Positions 18,305-26,814 of a stretch of DNA of 64,000 nucleotides are shown here, piece by piece. Source of the stretch: Lachnospiraceae bacterium (GTDB taxonomy: Bacteria > Bacillota > Clostridia > Lachnospirales > Lachnospiraceae); the NCBI GenBank assembly GCA_024690825.1, contig JAILOK010000027.1, forward strand, positions 15,377 through 79,376, read 5' to 3'. The notes under the pieces were generated by a model, which searched no databases, was not told where the DNA came from, and saw only the letters and a list, made by a program, of their open reading frames with translations. Every line of letters begins with the position of its first letter. Position 1 is the first letter of the stretch. The translations under genes and the position numbers were made by a program.

Positions 18305-18403
18305 AAAGATGACAGGGGGACGGTTCTGGTGACACAAAAGGTGACAAAAGAACCGTCCCGGTGACACAAAAGTTGTCACCAGAACCGTCCCCCTGTCATC
18401 TTT
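18305..18403. repeat. REP-like repeat, locus 3
   Basis: Perfect 30-bp IR AAAGATGACAGGGGGACGGTTCTGGTGACA (18305-18334 / 18374-18403) with a third half-site inside; lies between divergent trpE and apt. Confidence 0.9.
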
Positions 18404-18449
18404 TTTATATGATATAATAAGATCAGTTTTTCCCGAAAGGAGTATTACT

Positions 18450-18974
18450 ATGAAAAAACTTGAGGAATATGTGAGGAGCATTCCTGATTTTCCGGAGAAG
18501 GGAATCATTTTCCGGGATATAACTTCCGTGCTTCAGGATGCCGACGGATTCCGTCTGGCAATAGATGAGCTGGCAAAACTGCTGGACGATCTTGATCCCG
18601 ATGTGATCGCAGGAACCGAAGCCCGTGGATTCATCCTGGGAGCGCCTTTGGCATATAATCTTCACAAGCCGTTTGTTCCGGTGCGAAAAAAGGGCAAGCT
18701 TCCCTGCGAAACGATCTGCCAGGAGTACTCTCTTGAGTACGGAACCGCGCAGATCGAGATGCATAAAGATGCGATCAAAGCGGGCCAAAAGGTTGTGCTC
18801 GTGGATGATCTGGTCGCGACCGGCGGAACCCTGGAGGCTGCGGCAAAGCTTGTGGAAAGACTCGGCGGAGAAGTCATAAGGATCATCTGCCTCATAGAAC
18901 TTGCAGGTCTTAAAGGACGCGAACTGTTAAAAGATTATGACCTCAAAACAGTCATCAGATATGAAGGAAAATGA
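18450..18974 (+). CDS. apt: Adenine phosphoribosyltransferase
   Basis: PDFPEKGIIFRDIT, EARGF, RKKGKLP, YSLEYG, VDDLVATGGT; RBS AAGGAG. Confidence 0.97.
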   Translation: MKKLEEYVRSIPDFPEKGIIFRDITSVLQDADGFRLAIDELAKLLDDLDPDVIAGTEARGFILGAPLAYNLHKPFVPVRKKGKLPCETICQEYSLEYGTAQIEMHKDAIKAGQKVVLVDDLVATGGTLEAAAKLVERLGGEVIRIICLIELAGLKGRELLKDYDLKTVIRYEGK

Positions 18975-18987
18975 AGCAGATCCCAAA

Positions 18988-19016
18988 TTGACAGTCCGTT
19001 CAATGAATAATAATAT
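18988..19016 (+). promoter_or_regulatory. sigmaA promoter for the 19049 membrane protein
   Basis: TTGACA-N17-TAATAT. Confidence 0.6.
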
Positions 19017-19048
19017 ACACATAAAAAACCAATAAGGAGCTTTGATCA

Positions 19049-21079
19049 ATGAGCGCAGGCAAAGCCTTTTCGGCAAAAAATATCAAATATATAATACTGG
19101 CCATACTCGGCATCCAGATACTTTTTATCGTCTGGCTCAATCTGTTCAGGTGTCACGACTGGATCGACCATGACGCTTCCATGCTGTACAGCCACACGAT
19201 CCAGATGTGGGAACAGAAAAGGCTTGTATTATCAAATTATCAGGAGGAAACCTTCCTTCACCTGGACACCTCCTGTATCCTTGCCGTTCCGCTCTACGGC
19301 CTGACACATGACATATTCCTGGCATACGGGATAAGCAATGTGATCTTTCTGATAATTACCCTTCTCATAATGAACGACCTGTTAAAAAGGCTTAATGTTA
19401 AGGATGAATACCGATATGCCGCCATGCTTTTATATATCATACCGTACCGGATCGGGCTGGTTCAGTATACCAACATGCTCTTCTTTGAATGCAGTTTTTA
19501 TAATATCTGCATAATCGATACCATACTTGCGATCGATCTCTTTCTTTATGAGAAGACAACGAAAAAAAAGGATCAGGCCGTCTATTATGTAATGCTTGCC
19601 GCATACGCGCTGTTCACTGTGCTCACAGCCTTTTCAAGAGGCACCTATACACTTCTTCTGGCGCTTCTTCCGGTAATACTCTGTTATGTGCTGGAAGTCA
19701 TATTGTCTCCCGACGGACTGAAGCATATCAAAAGATCAAAGGTCGTTTTGATCATCGTCACATTTGTATCCTATGCCTTAGGAATGGGATACGGAAAGAT
19801 CACGGACATGCTGCCCCGCACAACGGGATACAAGCTTGTGTACCCCAGAGACCTCTTTGAGAATTTTGTTCACGTGATCTGGGGCCACCTGAGCATTTTC
19901 CTGGGTCTGACCGGGCCCGATGTATTCACGGTGGAGGGCATTTACCAGCTCCTTCTCATCGGATATGCGCTGTTTATCATAATCATTCTCATCTTCAATC
20001 TGAAGCTTGCTTTTAAGGACGGTCCGCACGCAAACGCCCTCCGCTATCTGTCGGTCATTTATCTGTGGAACATCGTGATACTCGGCATGACCGACTGTTC
20101 AAACAGCACCTGGGGCTTCCCGGAAAGATACCTGTTTCCCGGATTCATACCGCTTCTGCTCTCACTTCCCGTTATGCTCACATACATGGAAAAGATCGAA
20201 CGGCAGCTGCTTCGCGGGTGCGCATATTTTGTAGTGTCCGCGCTTGTATTCCTCACCGCCGTCTCATGCGATATCAGTACAGTCGTGAATATTGAACAGA
20301 ACCTCAAGGATGTTCAGGGAATAAAAGAGGTCCTTGCTTATGCAAAGACCAATCAGATAAATACGGTGTTCTTTGTCAACGACGACAATGCGGCCCTGAT
20401 CTCACGAAGCCTGGAACCCTCCCTTCATGTGGCGCCCGTGGATAAGCGCAATGACGGAAGCATCTACATACATACCAGGGAAGACTACAGATCCGCGCAC
20501 GACAGGGGAAGCTACACTGACGAGAATGTCCTTGCGATGACCTGGAACGAGCAGCCGGAAGATGTCTTCAGCGAATATCAGCTGAGTTCCTATCAGTATG
20601 TCGGCGATGTCCAGGATTATCACCTCTACCGCGCCGGTTCAAATAAGTTTGACGATATGGCGGGATTCCCCCTTGATGACCGTCATCTCTACAAAACCAC
20701 CGATTTCTGCTATACAGAAGGGTATCAGGCCTCAGGAGACATCGACCTTTACGGTTATCTCGAGACTACGGGCGGCGACAATTTCGTGCTGATCAGCCCG
20801 GTCTTTGACGCGCCGTACAAAGCCTGCGATGTCACGCTCACATATGAGATGGGACACAAGGTGGCAGACGGTGACCGGCAGACAGCCGGCGATGACCGCG
20901 CAGTCGGAAAACTGATGCTGCTTGATTCTTCCTATCAGGAGATAAGCTCCGCTGAAATAAAAAGCAGTGAGACGAGTGTATCGCTCACCGCTGATCCTTC
21001 GCAGTCATGCTGTGTAGCTGTATGGCTTAATAAGGACGAGAAGATCACTTTATCGCGGATAGATTTTGAGATAAAGTAA
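19049..21079 (+). CDS. Polytopic membrane protein with extracellular C-terminal domain; probable GT-C-fold glycosyltransferase
   Basis: About 12 hydrophobic segments, acidic DHDA motif in the first external loop, late loop ERYLFP; adjacent to GT2 and YdjC genes. Function is inferred. Confidence 0.55.
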   Translation: MSAGKAFSAKNIKYIILAILGIQILFIVWLNLFRCHDWIDHDASMLYSHTIQMWEQKRLVLSNYQEETFLHLDTSCILAVPLYGLTHDIFLAYGISNVIFLIITLLIMNDLLKRLNVKDEYRYAAMLLYIIPYRIGLVQYTNMLFFECSFYNICIIDTILAIDLFLYEKTTKKKDQAVYYVMLAAYALFTVLTAFSRGTYTLLLALLPVILCYVLEVILSPDGLKHIKRSKVVLIIVTFVSYALGMGYGKITDMLPRTTGYKLVYPRDLFENFVHVIWGHLSIFLGLTGPDVFTVEGIYQLLLIGYALFIIIILIFNLKLAFKDGPHANALRYLSVIYLWNIVILGMTDCSNSTWGFPERYLFPGFIPLLLSLPVMLTYMEKIERQLLRGCAYFVVSALVFLTAVSCDISTVVNIEQNLKDVQGIKEVLAYAKTNQINTVFFVNDDNAALISRSLEPSLHVAPVDKRNDGSIYIHTREDYRSAHDRGSYTDENVLAMTWNEQPEDVFSEYQLSSYQYVGDVQDYHLYRAGSNKFDDMAGFPLDDRHLYKTTDFCYTEGYQASGDIDLYGYLETTGGDNFVLISPVFDAPYKACDVTLTYEMGHKVADGDRQTAGDDRAVGKLMLLDSSYQEISSAEIKSSETSVSLTADPSQSCCVAVWLNKDEKITLSRIDFEIK

Positions 21080-21968
21080 AGCGCGCGCCCTCTTTTTCAA
21101 TGTCCCTTCCGTCTGAAAGATAAAAACTCTCAGCAGCATCTTTGGGTATTTCGGGGCTGCACTCATCCTTTGTCATGCGTCCGGGATGAAAGAGTATCTC
21201 AAGTCTTCTGTTTTTTGCCTTTGCCGTATCCGTCATACGCCGGTACAGGATCCCGATCCTGTCTGCATCCATATTTCCGCTCATGACAAGACCCCACAGA
21301 TACATCGGTTCATGACCGTTTTTGCGGTCATATCTTTCTGCCGGGCGCGACATAAAACGTAGTATGCGATTCTTGATTATGTTAACCAACCTGTAGCTCT
21401 GCCACAGAGATACTTCAGAAATAAACGGGGAAAGCGGCTCCCTTGAATTTCTGATATATTCGGCCTCAAATCCGCAGTTCTGCAGAGATCTTTGCAGACT
21501 TTCCCACACGACCGGTATCATGTGCGTATGCTGATGGCTGTCAACCCTGATCTTCTCCTGTTCACACTTCACGCCGGATTTTTTTGCAATATCAATGCAC
21601 GCTTTTATTCCATCCCACCCCTTTTTAAGCTGGGCACTTATCTCCTTTTCAAGCAGTTTGGATACCCGCTTTTTTCTTCCCGGGAGAAATGAAGCCAAAA
21701 AAAGATCCTTCCATGAGGCATTTATCATCCTGCCCGGATCGGACAGATAATAGCCTTCAACGAGATTTAAGTGAACAGACATTTTCGGGAGAAAAGGAAG
21801 GGCCGGGATCTTTTTCTTAAGCATATCCATACACTGTTCATAACAGGTATTGTTCGTGATGATGCTGATGCTGTCAAAGACACCATCCTGCAAAAATTCC
21901 AGCATTTCCTTTGAAGTGTTTACGCTCAGACCGTAATCATCGGCATGGATATCGATCATGTCATTCAT
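21045..21968 (-). CDS. YdjC/ChbG/HpnK-family carbohydrate deacetylase
   Basis: IHADDYGLS, VHLNLVEG, VDSHQHTH, EILFHPG. Start at MNDMID (21968) overlaps the GT2 stop. Confidence 0.85.
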   Translation of the reverse strand: MNDMIDIHADDYGLSVNTSKEMLEFLQDGVFDSISIITNNTCYEQCMDMLKKKIPALPFLPKMSVHLNLVEGYYLSDPGRMINASWKDLFLASFLPGRKKRVSKLLEKEISAQLKKGWDGIKACIDIAKKSGVKCEQEKIRVDSHQHTHMIPVVWESLQRSLQNCGFEAEYIRNSREPLSPFISEVSLWQSYRLVNIIKNRILRFMSRPAERYDRKNGHEPMYLWGLVMSGNMDADRIGILYRRMTDTAKAKNRRLEILFHPGRMTKDECSPEIPKDAAESFYLSDGRDIEKEGARFTLSQNLSAIK

Positions 21969-22983
21969 CTCCGTCCGATGTCTTCTCACCCTGCTTTCCG
22001 GCAGGATCCTGCCAGACGACGGAATCGATTATATAGGGCGGACGGTGCTTTGTCTCCATGTAGATCTTTGCGATATACTCACCTATTACCCCTAATGAAA
22101 GAAGGGTTGCCCCGGTTGATATGAGCAATACGATAAGCAGCGTCGTGTAGCCCGGGATATTACGCCCGTTGATCCAGTCAACGAGACACACTATGCTCAT
22201 GATGATGCCGAAAATGACCACAAAAAATCCGAGCAGTCCGATGAGATGCAAAGGCCTCGTGCTGAAGGATGTTATCCCGTCCATCGCAAGCCTCATCATT
22301 TTTTTGAAGGTGTACTTCGATGTTCCGGCTTCTCTTTCCTTCACATCAAAATACACGATGCCCGATCTGAATCCCATGTTCGGAATAAGACCCCGAAGGA
22401 AAAGATTGACCTCCCTGTATTCGGACAATGCGTCCAGCACCTTGGAGGATACCAGTCTGTAATCCGCGTGATTCGGGATGATATCGGCACCGAGAAGCTT
22501 CATCAGATTATAATAAGATGAAGCCGTAAACTTTTTCGCAAGGCCGTCGGAATGACGGTCATTTCTGACCCCGTAGACAACCTCACAGCCTTCGGTGTAC
22601 TTTTCTATGAAAAGGTCAATGGCCTCTATATCCTGCTGAAGATCCGCATCTATGGTAACAACTATGTCCGCCGTACCCTTTGCCGTCATCATTCCCGCAA
22701 GTATCGCGTTCTGATGCCCTCTGTTTGCCGCAAAATTTACGACAGAAAATACGGGATCCCTTTCGCAGAGTCCATGTATGATCCTCAGTGTATTGTCGGT
22801 ACTTCCGTCATTGACAAAAAGGATACGGCTGCCTTTTGATACCGTCTGCTTTTCAGCAAGCGACTTCACCTTATCCGAAAGCACCTTTGCGCTCTTTTCA
22901 ATGACCGCTTCCTCGTTAAACACAGGTACTACAAGAACCAGAAGCGGAGCGGCTGCTGATTTGTCAGTTGTCTTATATTCCAT
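21961..22983 (-). CDS. GT2 polyprenol-phosphate glycosyltransferase (GtrB/ArnC-like)
   Basis: VVPVFNEE, FVNDGSTD, NRGHQNAILAG, TIDADLQQD, ADYRLVS, REAGTSKY; two C-terminal TMs. Confidence 0.92.
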   Translation of the reverse strand: MEYKTTDKSAAAPLLVLVVPVFNEEAVIEKSAKVLSDKVKSLAEKQTVSKGSRILFVNDGSTDNTLRIIHGLCERDPVFSVVNFAANRGHQNAILAGMMTAKGTADIVVTIDADLQQDIEAIDLFIEKYTEGCEVVYGVRNDRHSDGLAKKFTASSYYNLMKLLGADIIPNHADYRLVSSKVLDALSEYREVNLFLRGLIPNMGFRSGIVYFDVKEREAGTSKYTFKKMMRLAMDGITSFSTRPLHLIGLLGFFVVIFGIIMSIVCLVDWINGRNIPGYTTLLIVLLISTGATLLSLGVIGEYIAKIYMETKHRPPYIIDSVVWQDPAGKQGEKTSDGDE

Positions 22984-23057
22984 AAAAATCCTGTCTATAA
23001 CGTCTTTTTATTGATCTCTTTTATTGTATATCCACGAAATACCTTTTTCAAGAAATT

Positions 23058-23975
23058 CTATCTTTCCATTTCCCTGATCTTCTGATAGAACTTTTCGTTT
23101 ACCGGAACCGGAACATTATAGATTTTCGACAGGCGTATCATCTCTCCCGCAAACATTTCCACTTCAGTTTTTCTTTTTGCTACGGCATCCTGTCTCATGG
23201 ATGGATAGCCGTCCGGGTCCAGACTCTTAAGGATCTCCATATCCGCATTAAGATCATCTTCCGTGAGATTTACTCCGGCTTTTCTGGCCACAGCCGTGAC
23301 CTCTCTCATGGCACCCATAAGATCTTTGAAAGCTGTCTCACCTCCTAACACCTGACTGTAGCTTGCTTCATAAACCATGCACGCCTGGTTGATCCCTACA
23401 TTTATCATAAATTTATTCCACATGGCATGTACTATGTCATCACACACTTCAAACGGAAGACTTACCTTTTCAAAAAAATCCTCAAGAAGCGCCAGGCCTT
23501 CTTTCTGATCATCATATCTGGCGCCTATCTGGAGCTTTCCCGTTTTAGTATATTTAAGGCTGCTGCCGTCTCTCATGGCATCCATACCGATGGGTACGCA
23601 GTCGATGATCCTTCTCCTGTCAAAGGTCTCCGAAATGATCTCTTCACTGTTGATGCCGTTTAACAGGGAAACGATAACAGTATCTTCACAGACAACACAT
23701 TGAGAAAGCTTTATCGCGTCACGAAGAGAATCATACTTGGTCGCTATCATCAGAAGATCGGCCTTCTTTCCCTCGCACTCTTCAGGTACCCTTACCGGAA
23801 AATGCACTTCCCTCCCGTTTATCCTGTAGACATCATTCTCATGCCTCTTTCTTCTGTCTTCATCCATCAGAAAGAAGTTTTCCCCATCCTTATTGTTTTC
23901 ATTGATCATCTGTCCGAAAAGGAGTCCCAAAGCTCCCATTCCCACGATGCATACGTTTTTTATTTCTCTTTTCAT
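23058..23975 (-). CDS. panE: 2-dehydropantoate 2-reductase (ketopantoate reductase family)
   Basis: VGMGALG Rossmann motif, LLNGI, WNKFMINVGIN, PSMRQD, TEVEMFAG. Confidence 0.8.
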   Translation of the reverse strand: MKREIKNVCIVGMGALGLLFGQMINENNKDGENFFLMDEDRRKRHENDVYRINGREVHFPVRVPEECEGKKADLLMIATKYDSLRDAIKLSQCVVCEDTVIVSLLNGINSEEIISETFDRRRIIDCVPIGMDAMRDGSSLKYTKTGKLQIGARYDDQKEGLALLEDFFEKVSLPFEVCDDIVHAMWNKFMINVGINQACMVYEASYSQVLGGETAFKDLMGAMREVTAVARKAGVNLTEDDLNADMEILKSLDPDGYPSMRQDAVAKRKTEVEMFAGEMIRLSKIYNVPVPVNEKFYQKIREMER

Positions 23976-23976
23976 A

Positions 23977-25374
23977 TCAATAAAACCTGATCTTCTTCAC
24001 CATATCAACGAACTCACGGTTGCTGCGTGTTCGCGAGAAGAGGTCTATGAGCTTGTCGACTGCTTCCTCGGGCTTCATCGCATTTAAGGTCTTTCTGATG
24101 GTATCTATCGCCTCCATCTCCTCTTTGTTGAGAAGCAGATCCTCGCGTCTTGTCGAGGACTTTGCAAGGTCGATGGCAGGGAACACCCTCTTTTCCTGAA
24201 GTTTTCGGTTCAGCACCATTTCCATGTTGCCGGTTCCCTTAAACTCCTCGTAAACGACATCATCCATCTTGCTTCCCGTGTCTACCAGCGCAGTAGCAAG
24301 GATGGTAAGGCTGCCGCCCTCTCTCATGTTTCTTGCTGCGCCGAAGAACCGCTTGGGCATGTGAAGAGCCGCGGGATCAAGACCGCCGGAAAGAGTACGG
24401 CCTGACGGCGGAACGGTAAGGTTATATGCCCTTGCAAGTCTTGTGATGGAATCAAGGAGTATCATGACATCCTGCTTGTGTTCCACAAGCCTGCGGGCAC
24501 GCTCTATTACCATTTCGGAAACTCTCTTGTGATGCTCCGGAAGCTCGTCAAAGGTGGAATAAATGACTTCCACATTTTCGCCTTTTATTGATTCCTTTAT
24601 ATCCGTTACTTCCTCGGGACGTTCGTCGATAAGAAGGATTATCAGATGTATTTCGGGATTGGCTTTCGTTACGGATTTCGCAACTGCTTTAAGAAGTGTC
24701 GTTTTACCGGCTTTCGGAGGTGATACGATCATTCCTCTCTGACCCTTGCCGACGGGAGATATCAGATCCATGATCCTCATCGCGATGTTATTATTTCCCG
24801 ATTCCAGATGGATCCTTTCGTTCGGGAAGATCGGAGTCATGTCCTCAAAATTATATCTCTTAACTGCTTCCGAAACAGGGAAACCGTTTACGGTCTTCAC
24901 AAAAAGAAGCGCCGAGAATTTCTCGTTTCCTGTCTTGACCCTTGTGTTTCCGCTTATGATATCACCGGTCCGAAGTCCAAATCTCCTGATCTGGCTTGGA
25001 GCAACATAGACATCATTTTCTCCCGGGAGGTAATTTTCACATCGTATGAAACCGTAGCCGTCTGCCATGACTTCCAGAATACCGTTGGCTGCCACTCCGG
25101 AATCAAGTCCGTCCTTGTCGACAAACTCATCTTTTGCCTGCTCTTCTCCTCCGTCGGAAGACTTTGTTTCAGCCTCGGCGTTTTTATTATCCGAATCTGC
25201 CGCGCCGGAGCGGGCATCGTTTTTTTCGGCTATCTCAACCTGTGTATTCTCCGCAGCGGCACACAGCGCATCTATGAGTTCAGACTTTTTCATAGTGGAC
25301 GCGCCCTTAATGTTCTGTGCCTTTGCCAGACTTTTCAGCTGGGCAAGGGGCAGGGTTTCAAGTTTTTCTCTCAT
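23977..25374 (-). CDS. rho: Transcription termination factor Rho
   Basis: Rho N domain, [58 protein letters not shown]. Confidence 0.97.
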   Translation of the reverse strand: MREKLETLPLAQLKSLAKAQNIKGASTMKKSELIDALCAAAENTQVEIAEKNDARSGAADSDNKNAEAETKSSDGGEEQAKDEFVDKDGLDSGVAANGILEVMADGYGFIRCENYLPGENDVYVAPSQIRRFGLRTGDIISGNTRVKTGNEKFSALLFVKTVNGFPVSEAVKRYNFEDMTPIFPNERIHLESGNNNIAMRIMDLISPVGKGQRGMIVSPPKAGKTTLLKAVAKSVTKANPEIHLIILLIDERPEEVTDIKESIKGENVEVIYSTFDELPEHHKRVSEMVIERARRLVEHKQDVMILLDSITRLARAYNLTVPPSGRTLSGGLDPAALHMPKRFFGAARNMREGGSLTILATALVDTGSKMDDVVYEEFKGTGNMEMVLNRKLQEKRVFPAIDLAKSSTRREDLLLNKEEMEAIDTIRKTLNAMKPEEAVDKLIDLFSRTRSNREFVDMVKKIRFY

Positions 25375-25504
25375 TAAAATTCCTCCATGGTACTGTATAT
25401 GTATGCTTTCAATTTACTCAATGTTCATAATCTGGGATTTAAAAAATGAAAAATCTCTTCGAACAAAAACGATCGTATAAAGACTAAATGATCAAATCTG
25501 TTAC

Positions 25505-25533
25505 ATGATACTACAAAAAAGAATAAGTTGCAA
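25505..25533 (-). promoter_or_regulatory. Candidate sigmaA promoter of rho
   Basis: TTGCAA(25533-28)-N17-TATCAT(25510-05). Confidence 0.55.
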
Positions 25534-25600
25534 TTATCTGAAAAAGAAAAATCACTTCTTTTTCCGCCCCGCAAGCACAGCGAAAAAATAAATTTATGAT

Positions 25601-25706
25601 ACATTCACGCAGTATGATTGTGCATATGCGATGAAACCGAAAGAGGCAATGCGGGCATTGCCGATTGAGGTTGAAGAAACATATGTGCAATCAGACAAGC
25701 GAATGT
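25601..25706 (+). ncRNA. Candidate structured small RNA (unassigned)
   Basis: ACATTC/GAATGT; a 14-bp stem 25615-28/25680-93 with two G-U pairs valid only on the plus strand; AACC/GGTT; apical GGCAATGC-GG-GCATTGCC. Confidence 0.35.
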
Positions 25707-25711
25707 GTCAG

Positions 25712-26809
25712 TTAATTTTTTTGATGTGCAAGTACAGACAGAAATCTGTTGATCAGCAGTATCATCACAGAAACATATATCAGGAAACATACGACGATGA
25801 CGACATAACTGACATAACCGCGGGCTCTGGTGACAAACTTGTTTACAAACATTGCGGCGTACAAAGATGCGATCCAGACAGCGGGGTTATTGTGAACAGC
25901 CATGAAAAGAAGCGAATTCCTGCCCCAGAACCGCGTGACCGGAAACGCCTTACCGCTCTTTGAAAGCGACATCACCATCCTGCACATCAGGATAATAAAA
26001 CCGGATCCCGCCACGGCGCCGATGTAATACAGCAGATAATTGTTAAGAACAAGCGAACGCAGATCCGTCGGCGAATTGAACCTGACCACCGCAATATTGA
26101 CCGCAAAAAAGATTACAGCGGTAAGAAGATGACAGGGGGACGGTTCTGCTGACAACTTTTTGGAAAAAAGATGACAGCAGAACCGTCCCCCTGTCATCTC
26201 AAAAAGATATCCGATCGAAATAAATGAGCAGGCGATGACCGGACGCAGAAGCATCACGATGATCTCGTTAAGACGCACATATACTGCCGGATTTTCCGGA
26301 ATGTATCCGCGGATCTCATTTACCCCCAGAGCCGCCATGGTCATGATGAGAACCGCGATCCACCTTTTCTTTCCGTCAAACTTTTTCATGATGAGAGCAA
26401 AGATCATCTCGGCAATAAACAGTGCAGGGAGAAACCACAGTACATTGATGCCGTAGAGACTTACGGCGTACCACAGCTGCACGAACATATCGGTTATGTT
26501 CATCGAATGACTGATAAAGACTCCGTAGAGGATGATCAGAAAATAGATCACGGTAAAAAGATAATAAGGGACCATGATCGTAGAGAATCTCTTTTTGAAA
26601 AAGTCCTTCATAGGGGGTATCTCGCCCTTCGCCGCAAAGAGCATTCCCGATATGATGAAAAACATCGGCATGTGAAAAGAAAAGATCCATTTACAGAACC
26701 CCTGAATATGGGGAGAAAGCGCAAAGATCGTATCATTTTGAAGGTGCCCGCATAATACGAGCACCATTCCTATACCTTTTGCAAGATCAATATAAGCTAC
26801 ACGTTTCAT
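25712..26809 (-). CDS. Acyltransferase-3 (OafA-like) membrane O-acyltransferase containing an in-frame REP-like element
   Basis: YIDLAKGIGMVLVLCGH, IFSFHMPMFFIISG, VLWFLPALF, WGRNSLLFMAVH. Confidence 0.88.
   Translation of the reverse strand: MKRVAYIDLAKGIGMVLVLCGHLQNDTIFALSPHIQGFCKWIFSFHMPMFFIISGMLFAAKGEIPPMKDFFKKRFSTIMVPYYLFTVIYFLIILYGVFISHSMNITDMFVQLWYAVSLYGINVLWFLPALFIAEMIFALIMKKFDGKKRWIAVLIMTMAALGVNEIRGYIPENPAVYVRLNEIIVMLLRPVIACSFISIGYLFEMTGGRFCCHLFSKKLSAEPSPCHLLTAVIFFAVNIAVVRFNSPTDLRSLVLNNYLLYYIGAVAGSGFIILMCRMVMSLSKSGKAFPVTRFWGRNSLLFMAVHNNPAVWIASLYAAMFVNKFVTRARGYVSYVVIVVCFLIYVSVMILLINRFLSVLAHQKN
26127..26199. repeat. REP-like repeat, locus 4, inside a coding sequence
   Basis: Perfect 25-bp IR AGATGACAGGGGGACGGTTCTGCTG / CAGCAGAACCGTCCCCCTGTCATCT; translated as MTGGRFCCHLFSKKLSAEPSPCHL. 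Confidence 0.9.
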
Positions 26810-26814
26810 AAATA

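Noticed and set aside
25615-25693. Hammerhead ribozyme suggested by CGAUGA...GAAGAAA
   Set aside because: Core is not CUGANGA and there is no third stem at the junction.
25631-25963. 110-aa plus-strand ORF
   Set aside because: Starts within a hairpin element and is mostly antisense to the acyltransferase; no RBS.
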